This document shows, piece by piece, positions 10,199-16,855 of a DNA stretch of 32,000 bases; position 1 is the first letter of the stretch; each line of letters begins with the position of its first letter. A program made the position numbers and the translations under genes. Below the pieces are notes generated by a model, which saw only the letters and a list, made by a program, of their open reading frames with translations, was not told the origin of the DNA and did not search any database. This DNA comes from an uncultured Eubacteriales bacterium (GTDB lineage Bacteria > Bacillota > Clostridia > TANB77 > UBA1234): NCBI GenBank assembly GCA_964602275.1, contig CAZRQF010000002.1, positions 12,415 through 44,414 of the forward strand. Reading direction: 5' to 3'.

Positions 10199-10215
10199 TA
10201 GTTGCTTTTTTCTTT
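10182..10215 (+). terminator. Weak hairpin/attenuator after rpmF
   Basis: AAGCAGC (10185-10191) pairs with GTTGCTT (10201-10207) with one G-U pair and a 9-nt loop, followed by a T-rich tract. The stem is short, so readthrough into the next gene is plausible. Confidence 0.35.
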
Positions 10216-10263
10216 TATGTGTTTTTAGATGTGGTAACATCACTATATAAAGGAGGTTTGACT

Positions 10264-11568
10264 ATGAAGAAGATACCAATAAAAAGCGTAAAAGCAGGAA
10301 GCATTGCAGAAGAAATGGAAGTTGAAGCTGGAGATTTTTTAATATCAGTAAATGGTGAAGAAATTAAGGATATATTAGACTATAAGTTTCAAATATTTGA
10401 CGAAAATATCTTGGTTACAATAGAAAAAGCAAATGGTGAAGAATGGGACTTGGAGATTGAAAAAGAAGACAATGAAGATTTAGGTATTGAGTTTGAAGAA
10501 CAATTAATAGAACCTGCAAAGAATTGTGCTAATAAATGCATCTTTTGTTTTATGGACCAATTACCAGACCATGTAAGAGATACCTTAGTTTTTAAAGATG
10601 ATGATTTTAGATTATCTTTTATGACTGGAAACTATGTAACACTTACAAATTCTGGATATAAGGACTTGGATAGAATAATTAAATATCATTTAAGCCCGAT
10701 AAATATATCTGTTCATGCAACTGATGGCGAAACTAGAAAAATGATGCTAAATAATAAAAATGCAGATAAAATATTAGACTATATTAAATATCTAGTAGAC
10801 CACGAGATATATGTTAATGCTCAGATAGTTTTGTGTCCAAATATTAATGATGGAAAAATACTAGATAAAACTATAGAAGATTTGGCAAAATTCTTTCCTT
10901 ATTTGCAGTGCATTGCAATTGTTCCTGTTGGGCTTACAAAATATAGAGAGGGACTTTATCCACTTACTACTTTTAATAAAGAAACCGCGGGAGTAGTTAT
11001 AGATCAAGTAGAGGCTTGGCAAAAAAAGTTTAAAAAAGAAATTGCCTCAAATGTTGTATTTGTTGCGGATGAATTTTATGTTGTTGCCGATAGAAAAATA
11101 CCAAGCTATAAAAGCTATGAAGACTTTCCACAACTTGAAGATGGCATAGGAATGCTTGCAAAATTTAAACATGAATTTGATACGAATTATAAGAAAATTG
11201 AAAAAACGCATCTAGATAAAACAGTTTCAATAGTTACTGGAAAATTGGCATATAACTTTATAAAAGAACTTAGTAGAAAACTTGAAGAAAGGATATCAGG
11301 TTTGAAGATTAATGTGTATCAAATTGAAAACAACTTTTTTGGACCAGAAATTACGGTTACTGGTTTGATTACAGGTGGAGATATCGTAAATCAATTAAAA
11401 GGAAAAGAGCTTGGCGATAGCTTAGTAATATCAAGTAGTATGCTAAAAGACGACGAAGATATATTTCTAGATGACATGAAATTAGAAGAACTTGAAGAAA
11501 AATTAAATATAAAGACTACAATAACTTCATGGGAAGGATTTGACTTTATTAGCAAAATTATTGACTAA
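10264..11568 (+). CDS. DUF512-type protein with N-terminal PDZ domain and radical-SAM-like CxxxCxxC motif
   Basis: CANKCIFC (Cx3Cx2C) follows a PDZ-like N-terminus (IKSVKAGSIAEEMEVEAGDFLISVNG). The start is set at ATG 10264 behind AAAGGAGG. The tracked GTG 10219 has no RBS. Confidence 0.85.
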   Translation: MKKIPIKSVKAGSIAEEMEVEAGDFLISVNGEEIKDILDYKFQIFDENILVTIEKANGEEWDLEIEKEDNEDLGIEFEEQLIEPAKNCANKCIFCFMDQLPDHVRDTLVFKDDDFRLSFMTGNYVTLTNSGYKDLDRIIKYHLSPINISVHATDGETRKMMLNNKNADKILDYIKYLVDHEIYVNAQIVLCPNINDGKILDKTIEDLAKFFPYLQCIAIVPVGLTKYREGLYPLTTFNKETAGVVIDQVEAWQKKFKKEIASNVVFVADEFYVVADRKIPSYKSYEDFPQLEDGIGMLAKFKHEFDTNYKKIEKTHLDKTVSIVTGKLAYNFIKELSRKLEERISGLKINVYQIENNFFGPEITVTGLITGGDIVNQLKGKELGDSLVISSSMLKDDEDIFLDDMKLEELEEKLNIKTTITSWEGFDFISKIID

Positions 11569-11589
11569 TTTACATAAATATGTTACAAT
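11561..11589 (+). promoter_or_regulatory. Strong promoter overlapping the stop of the DUF512 gene
   Basis: TTGACT (11561-11566), a 17-nt spacer and TACAAT (11584-11589), with TG at 11581-11582 giving an extended -10. Confidence 0.6.
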
Positions 11590-11595
11590 AATATT

Positions 11596-11786
11596 GGTTA
11601 AACCTTTTATCCCTTTTAACCAGATGCTATTGCATCTGTTATGGAGAAGTGATTCTCCAATATTTATTTTATTGTCTCACAATTATGTGTGGAATTGTGA
11701 GAGCCCTTATTTATGCACACAACTTATTTATTTATTTTATCTTGGCTGTTACAACATCGACTTACTAGAAAAGGAGAAAAAATAGT
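11596..11786 (+). promoter_or_regulatory. Structured ~190-nt 5' leader or small RNA with four consecutive hairpins
   Basis: H1 pairs GGTTAAA with TTTAACC (11596-11621). H2 pairs CAGATGC with GCATCTG (11621-11638). H3 is GGAGAA-GTGA-TTCTCC (11643-11658), followed by a U-rich tract. H4 pairs TCTCACAATT with AATTGTGAGA across 8 nt (11675-11702). Confidence 0.4.
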
Positions 11787-12131
11787 ATGAATAAGAAAAT
11801 CTTTTGGCCCTTCGTCGTTGCTGCTTTTGTCCAGGCGATTTTGTCTTTTGGCAAGACCGGCGTTGTCGGTGCGGTACTTTCTGCACTTGTCATTTTTGCT
11901 GCAGTTGTCATTCTGTTTGACGGAATTCAAGGCAAGCTCAAGGAAAAAGTGAAAAAGAATGTTGCGATTGCAGGAGCTGAAAACCTTTTGAACGAAGCTG
12001 AAGAAAATTTTGAGGATGCCAAAGAGGCTCTTTTGATGGAAGCTTCTGACGAGAATAAGGCTGCTTATCAAGCTGCTAGAGCCGAGTACATTTCCGCAAA
12101 GAAAAACTTGGCAGAAATCAAAAAGAAATAA
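11787..12131 (+). CDS. Hypothetical membrane protein (two N-terminal hydrophobic helices plus charged Ala/Glu/Lys-rich helical tail), foreign composition
   Basis: 114-aa ORF behind the RBS AAGGAG. My hand count gives 145/345 G+C (42%), against about 31-33% in neighbouring genes. G/C-ending codons are frequent. The gene has its own promoter and terminator. Confidence 0.65.
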   Translation: MNKKIFWPFVVAAFVQAILSFGKTGVVGAVLSALVIFAAVVILFDGIQGKLKEKVKKNVAIAGAENLLNEAEENFEDAKEALLMEASDENKAAYQAARAEYISAKKNLAEIKKK

Positions 12132-12141
12132 GGGAACAACA

Positions 12142-12172
12142 AGGTCCTGGAGTTTTCCAGGACCTAATTTTT
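12142..12172 (+). terminator. Rho-independent terminator
   Basis: GGTCCTGG (12143-12150) pairs with CCAGGACC (12157-12164) across a 6-nt loop, followed by TAATTTTT. Confidence 0.8.
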
Positions 12173-12184
12173 CCTTAAAATAAG

Positions 12185-12212
12185 TTGAATTAATCTTTGA
12201 ATGTGATATAAT
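12185..12212 (+). promoter_or_regulatory. Promoter with extended -10
   Basis: TTGAAT (12185-12190), a 16-nt spacer and TGaTATAAT (12204-12212). Confidence 0.55.
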
Positions 12213-12263
12213 GTGTTCGTAGGCGTTTTTATGTAGACACTATAAATTGGAGGTGTTTGCTTC

Positions 12264-12503
12264 ATGGATTGTACCCTTGTTTGCTTTGCCATCATCATTT
12301 GCCTAGCCATTATTTCTCAACCAGGTACGAAAAATTTCATTAAAAATTTTTTTATACCAAAAGTAAATAAGGCAAGATATGATAGAAAAAGCAAATGTGT
12401 ACATACAATGGGAGATTGTAGAGATTGTACTCTTTCGCTTGATTGCCCTATGAAAAATGAATATTTAGTAGTAGTTCCAAAAGACGATGAATATGATAAC
12501 TAA
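12264..12503 (+). CDS. Small membrane-anchored Cys-rich protein (79 aa)
   Basis: The RBS GGAGGTG lies 8 nt upstream. The N-terminal helix is hydrophobic (CTLVCFAIIICLAIIS). The C-terminal cluster reads C-x6-C-x2-C-x5-C-P. Hand-counted GC is 31%, which is native. Confidence 0.55.
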   Translation: MDCTLVCFAIIICLAIISQPGTKNFIKNFFIPKVNKARYDRKSKCVHTMGDCRDCTLSLDCPMKNEYLVVVPKDDEYDN

Positions 12504-12506
12504 ATG

Positions 12507-12531
12507 AAGCCGGCATTTGCCGGCTTTTTTA
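12507..12531 (+). terminator. Rho-independent terminator
   Basis: AAGCCGGC pairs with GCCGGCTT across a 4-nt loop, followed by a T-run. Confidence 0.85.
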
Positions 12532-12549
12532 TTATTTTTTTAAATTTGC

Positions 12550-12578
12550 TTGACAAGTTATATGGTATATGTTAACCT
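12550..12578 (+). promoter_or_regulatory. Candidate promoter for the MATE leader
   Basis: TTGACA (12550-12555), a 17-nt spacer and TGtTAACCT. The -10 is imperfect and keeps only the TAnnnT positions. Confidence 0.4.
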
Positions 12579-12615
12579 TATATTTATTATGTTTATATGT
12601 ATGTAATCATCGGAG

Positions 12616-12721
12616 GACAGGGCACCGTAGTGCCGAACTTAAATTTTCAATTTAAGTTTCTGTCGGAAAAGATGTCGAGTGAGCTCGGTTATTTTTAAAA
12701 AAGAATAATCGAGCTATTTTT
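12616..12721 (+). promoter_or_regulatory. Structured leader (compact three-way junction plus intrinsic terminator) upstream of the MATE transporter; riboswitch or attenuator candidate
   Basis: P1 pairs GACAG (12616-12620) with CTGTC (12660-12664). P2 is GGCAC-CGTA-GTGCC (12621-12634). P3 pairs ACTTAAATT with AATTTAAGT (12637-12657). A ~15-bp terminator stem spans 12682-12715 and is followed by ATTTTTGTG. Confidence 0.5.
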
Positions 12722-12747
12722 GTGTTTAAAATAAGGGGGAAAAGAAA

Positions 12748-14073
12748 ATGGAAATTAATTTATCGGGGCATTTTACATATAAAAAGTTAATAAGATTTAC
12801 AATACCAACAATTGCAATGATGATTTTTACATCTATTTATGGAGTTGTTGATGGTTTATTTATATCAAATATAGTTGGAACTGATGTTTTTGCGGCAGTT
12901 AATTTGATAATGCCTGCAATTATGATTTTGGGTACAATTGGTTTTATGCTTGGAACTGGTGGAAGTGCCATAGTTTCAAAAACATTGGGCGAAGGCGATA
13001 ACAAAAAAGCGAACCACTATTTTTCTATGTTTATATATTTGGAGGTTTTGCTAGGTTTTGTCTTTATGATACTTGGATTACGCTATATAGAACCTATTGC
13101 AAATTTATTAGGTGCAGATGAAACTATGCTTGAAGATTGTCTTATATATGGAAAAATATTATTATTAGGTATAATTCCATATATATTGCAAAACAGTTTT
13201 CAATCTTTTATAGTTGTTGCAGAAAAGCCTAAATTTGGGTTAATGGTTACGGTAGCAGCAGGTGTGACTAACATGGTATTAGATTACTTTTTCATTCATA
13301 AATGGGGCGTTGCAGGTGCAGCTATAGCTACAATAATAAGTCAATTTGTTGGTGCTATTATTCCACTTGTATATTTCTTTAGTAAAAATGATACACCGCT
13401 AAGACTTGGCAAAACAAAATTTGAATTTACACCGATAATTGATGCCTGCATTAATGGCTCGTCAGAAATGGTAACTAATTTGTCTTTATCTTTAGTAAGC
13501 ATTTTGTTCAACAAGCAACTTATGGAACTTGCTAAGGCTGATGGCGTATCAGCATATGGTGTAATAATGTATATTGGCTTTTTATTTGTTGGAACTTATG
13601 TTGGATATTCCGTTGGAACTGCACCTATAATTAGCTATCATTATGGAGCTAAAAATAAAGAAGAGGTTAAGAGCTTATTGAAAAAGAGCGTGAGATTACT
13701 AGGAGTGGCTGCATTAGTCATGACATTTTTAGCTGAAATACTTGCAAAACCTCTGGCTAGTATATTTATTCGTGAAAATCCAGAACTACTTGAATTTACT
13801 GTTAATGCTATAATGCTATATTCTTTATCATACATTATAAGTTGGTTTAATATATTTGCGTCATCGTTCTTTACAGCACTAAACGATGGTGTAATTTCGG
13901 CGATTATATCGTTTGCACGAACATTGGTATTTCAAGTGATAACAATTCTTTTAATGCCAAGAGCATGGGGAATAGACGGTGTATGGCTTTCTGTTGCAGT
14001 TGCGGAAATTTTAGCATTAGGTATTAGCTTAATTTGCTTTATAGAAAACAAACGAAAATATGAATATGTATAA
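12748..14073 (+). CDS. MATE family efflux transporter
   Basis: 441-aa polytopic protein with about 12 helices and a MATE-typical N-terminus (LIRFTIPTIAMMIFTSIYGVVDGLFISN). The RBS AAGGGGGA lies upstream. Confidence 0.9.
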   Translation: MEINLSGHFTYKKLIRFTIPTIAMMIFTSIYGVVDGLFISNIVGTDVFAAVNLIMPAIMILGTIGFMLGTGGSAIVSKTLGEGDNKKANHYFSMFIYLEVLLGFVFMILGLRYIEPIANLLGADETMLEDCLIYGKILLLGIIPYILQNSFQSFIVVAEKPKFGLMVTVAAGVTNMVLDYFFIHKWGVAGAAIATIISQFVGAIIPLVYFFSKNDTPLRLGKTKFEFTPIIDACINGSSEMVTNLSLSLVSILFNKQLMELAKADGVSAYGVIMYIGFLFVGTYVGYSVGTAPIISYHYGAKNKEEVKSLLKKSVRLLGVAALVMTFLAEILAKPLASIFIRENPELLEFTVNAIMLYSLSYIISWFNIFASSFFTALNDGVISAIISFARTLVFQVITILLMPRAWGIDGVWLSVAVAEILALGISLICFIENKRKYEYV

Positions 14074-14137
14074 ATTATTATAAAATTTGCAACTTTTTTT
14101 ACATGATTTTGTCTAATAATGTATGGAGGTTGATTGT

Positions 14138-15214
14138 ATGAAAAATAAAATTTTGCTTAGTGTAAGTATATTGGTAGTATTAGTAATATGTATTTTAATA
14201 GCGACTAAATACATAGACTTTAATGAAGTTAAGCCTAATGTTAATAATGAAAAAATTAATATTGTCACTTCGCTTGAAGATGTAATTGGCGAAAATACAG
14301 CATGGTGTGGTACTTTTAATTTGATATGGAACGATTTGAAAAATGATATAGCAAAACAAGATATTAAATTTTCAGAAAATTCTGATATAGTAAATCATCT
14401 TAATAAAGGTACATTTACAACGGAGGAATTATCTGAGGATAGTTATTATAAAAAGTATGGTACACCAACTTTGGAGTTGAAAGCAGAAATTGAAAAAGCA
14501 ATAAAAGATAAATTTAACGAAAAAAGTGATATATTAGATAGCTTTGATTGGAATAACCATACAGCAAATGATTATTTTTTATATGCTATGCTAAAAAAGG
14601 AGTTTAAGTTTCCAAAAGTTTTTAGCAAGTTAGAAGATGGCACTTTTGAAAATTACGATAATGTAAAATATTTTGGAATTGATAATAAAACTAAAAATGA
14701 AGTTGGAAAACAAATAAAAGTGCTTTATTATAACTCGGAAAATGATTTTGCACTAAAATTAACTACAAAAGGAAATGATGAGGTAATAGTATCTGTTGGA
14801 AATAAAGAAGATAACTTTTTAGACATTTATAATAGTATTATGGATAAAAGCGAGAACTATAAAGGCTCTAAAAGCTTTGGAGATAGAGATACTTTCAAAA
14901 TGCCTTATATAACTTTTGATTTAAAAGAAAACATAACGGAAGTTGAAGGAAAACCATTTTATTTTGCAAATGGTGATGAATATGTGATTGATACTGCTTT
15001 GCAAACGATACAATTTGAACTAAATGAAAAAGGTGGAAAGATAAAAAGTGAAGCAGGTATGATGCTTACAGAAAGTGCAATGCCAATAGAAGAAGAACCA
15101 AGAAGCTTTGATGTTGATCAAGCGTTTACAATATTTTTAATTGAGGAAGATGCAAACTTGCCATATTTTGCTGCTAAGATATCAGATATATCATCGGTGC
15201 AAGCCGAGCTTTAA
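14138..15214 (+). CDS. Membrane-anchored serpin-like protein (product call tentative)
   Basis: The ORF itself is solid. The RBS GGAGG lies 7 nt before ATG 14138 and is followed by a signal-anchor helix. The C-terminal half follows the serpin pattern: LQTIQFELNEKG..SEAGMMLTESAMPIEEEPRSFDVDQAFTIFLIEEDANLPYFAAKISDI. I compared this from memory with alpha1-antitrypsin [59 protein letters not shown]. Confidence 0.6.
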   Translation: MKNKILLSVSILVVLVICILIATKYIDFNEVKPNVNNEKINIVTSLEDVIGENTAWCGTFNLIWNDLKNDIAKQDIKFSENSDIVNHLNKGTFTTEELSEDSYYKKYGTPTLELKAEIEKAIKDKFNEKSDILDSFDWNNHTANDYFLYAMLKKEFKFPKVFSKLEDGTFENYDNVKYFGIDNKTKNEVGKQIKVLYYNSENDFALKLTTKGNDEVIVSVGNKEDNFLDIYNSIMDKSENYKGSKSFGDRDTFKMPYITFDLKENITEVEGKPFYFANGDEYVIDTALQTIQFELNEKGGKIKSEAGMMLTESAMPIEEEPRSFDVDQAFTIFLIEEDANLPYFAAKISDISSVQAEL

Positions 15215-15250
15215 AGTAGGTTAATTATAAATTTTGAAAACAATAAAAAT

Positions 15251-15283
15251 GCTATGTAACAATTTGTTATATAGTATTTTTTT
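15251..15283 (+). terminator. AT-rich rho-independent terminator after the serpin-like gene
   Basis: CTATGTAACA (15252-15261) pairs with TGTTATATAG (15265-15274) with one G-U pair, followed by TATTTTTTT. Confidence 0.5.
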
Positions 15284-15381
15284 ATTTTCATTAAGCAATA
15301 AGAAAGTTTTGTAAGCTATATTGTATACCTTGTTTTTTTTAGGAAAAAATGTTATAAATATATATTAAAGAGGGGAGAAAG

Positions 15382-15403
15382 ATGTTTAAATTACACTCAA
15401 ATT
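15382..15403 (+). repeat. Left copy of the 22-nt direct repeat (orphaned uvrB start: RBS plus MFKLHSN-stop)
   Basis: ATGTTTAAATTACACTCAAATT is preceded by AAAGAGGGGAG, and a TAA stop follows at 15403-15405. It matches 16856-16877 at 21 of 22 positions. Confidence 0.8.
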
Positions 15404-15418
15404 AATTAATAAAGAATA

Positions 15419-15457
15419 TATTCCGAAAAAACTGAAAAAAATTGACTTTTCGGAATA
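15419..15457. repeat. Perfect 11-bp inverted repeat bracketing the -35 of the cassette promoter
   Basis: TATTCCGAAAA (15419-15429) and TTTTCGGAATA (15447-15457) are separated by a 17-nt spacer that contains most of TTGACT. Confidence 0.6.
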
Positions 15458-15470
15458 GAAGAATTATAAT
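15442..15470 (+). promoter_or_regulatory. Near-consensus promoter of the ATPase cassette
   Basis: TTGACT (15442-15447), a 17-nt spacer and TATAAT (15465-15470). Confidence 0.6.
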
Positions 15471-15530
15471 TATAGAAAAAATTCTGCCAATATACATCTA
15501 AATTTAAATACGAAAGGAATGAGTTCGGAT

Positions 15531-16724
15531 ATGAAATTAATAAAAAGAGAGGAGTATTTAAATAAGTTAATAAATGTTATAGGTACACCGGATATTAAAG
15601 TTATAACTGGTGTAAGGCGTAGTGGAAAATCAAAGTTGTTGGAAGAATTCAAAAAGTATATAAAACAAACAGATGAAATGAGTAATATAATTCATATTAA
15701 TTATAATTTGCCCAAATTTGAAAAAATTAAAACATATGATGCATTGGTAGCATATGTAGAAAATAATTTTAAAGATGATATGAATAACTATTTATTAATA
15801 GATGAAATTCAAATGTGTGATGATTTTGAAAAAGTGATAAACGGTTTTCATGCAGAGGAAAAGTTTGATATTTATATAACTGGTTCAAATGCATTTTTGA
15901 TGAGTAGTGACTTGGCTACACTATTTACAGGAAGGACTTTTAAAATTGAAGTATATCCATTTTCATTTAAAGAGTATTTGGAATATTACAAATATAAAGA
16001 CATTCAAGAGGCGTTTGATAATTATGTGAAAGAAGGAGGAATGTCTGGTTCGTATTTGTATAAGACACAAGAAGAAAAATATCAGTATATAAAAGAAGTA
16101 TTTAATACATTGGTTATAAGAGATATCAAACAAAAATATAAAATACGAAATACAGATATAATTCAAAATCTTACCGACTATTTAATGGATAATATTTCTA
16201 ATTTAACTTCTGCAAATAGCATAACAAAAGTTTTAAATACTAATAATGTAAGTATAACCGATAAAACAATTAATAATTATATTGAATATTTATGCAATGC
16301 TTTTGCTTTTTATAAAATAAAAAGATTTGATATAAAAGGTAAGAAATATCTTAGCACACAAAATAAATATTATTTAGCTGATCATGCATTTAGGTATGCA
16401 ATGATTGGGACAAATAACATGGATTATGGAAGAGTATATGAAAATATTGTAGCAATTGAATTATTAAGACGAGGTTATGAGGTTTATATAGGAACATTAT
16501 ACCAAAAAGAAATAGATTTTGTAGCTAAAAAACAAGGCAAGCAAATTTATATACAGGTTTCAGATGATATTAGCAATGAGAAAACATTTAAAAGAGAAGT
16601 AGAATCTTTGCTAAAAATTCAAGACGCTTATCCTAAAATGATAATTGCTAGAACGAAACATGAAACATATCAGTATGAAGGTATTGAAATAGTAGATATT
16701 GCTAGTTGGTTGGGCGAAAAATAA
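15531..16724 (+). CDS. AAA+ ATPase of the COG1373 type (AAA_14 N-terminal domain plus DUF4143-like C-terminal domain)
   Basis: Walker A is GVRRSGKS and Walker B is LLIDEIQ. The C-terminus has the family-typical EIDFV...IYIQVS segment. The start at ATG 15531 (MKLIKREEYL) fits usual family N-termini; ATG 15519 is the alternative. Confidence 0.85.
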   Translation: MKLIKREEYLNKLINVIGTPDIKVITGVRRSGKSKLLEEFKKYIKQTDEMSNIIHINYNLPKFEKIKTYDALVAYVENNFKDDMNNYLLIDEIQMCDDFEKVINGFHAEEKFDIYITGSNAFLMSSDLATLFTGRTFKIEVYPFSFKEYLEYYKYKDIQEAFDNYVKEGGMSGSYLYKTQEEKYQYIKEVFNTLVIRDIKQKYKIRNTDIIQNLTDYLMDNISNLTSANSITKVLNTNNVSITDKTINNYIEYLCNAFAFYKIKRFDIKGKKYLSTQNKYYLADHAFRYAMIGTNNMDYGRVYENIVAIELLRRGYEVYIGTLYQKEIDFVAKKQGKQIYIQVSDDISNEKTFKREVESLLKIQDAYPKMIIARTKHETYQYEGIEIVDIASWLGEK

Positions 16725-16855
16725 TTTATAAAAACTTTATACTATTAATATCAAGAAAAGAAGTAGTATGTAATGTTAAAGTTAAAACAGTAACGAATTT
16801 GGGAACGAATTGATGGTTAGATGTAATCATAAAAAATAAGTAAGGAAGTGAAAAA

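Larger units (their letters stand above)
15404..16855 (+). mobile_element. Candidate inserted single-gene cassette (own promoter plus AAA-ATPase gene) within the 5' end of uvrB
   Basis: The cassette is bounded by the two 22-nt copies of the uvrB start. It carries the promoter at 15442-15470 and one gene. It contains no recombinase gene and no terminator before uvrB. Confidence 0.4.

Noticed and set aside
11675-11702. AATTGTGAG resemblance to a lac operator half-site (possible cloning-vector contamination)
   Set aside because: Only 9 nt match. The rest of lacO (CGGATAACAATT) is absent and the flanks are native-looking AT-rich sequence. I treat it as a local palindrome or hairpin instead.
11540-12071. 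ORFs 11540-11785 (+) and 11724-12071 (-) around the first orphan gene
   Set aside because: The + ORF runs through the promoter and all four leader hairpins and has no RBS. The - ORF is antisense to the 11787-12131 gene, which has the RBS, promoter and terminator in the right places.
15215-16855. LexA/Cheo SOS box (CGAAC-N4-GTTCG) upstream of either uvrB start copy
   Set aside because: I found no GAAC-N4-GTTC palindrome in 15215-15381 or 16725-16855. The repeated AACGAATT words at 16794-16818 are direct, not inverted.
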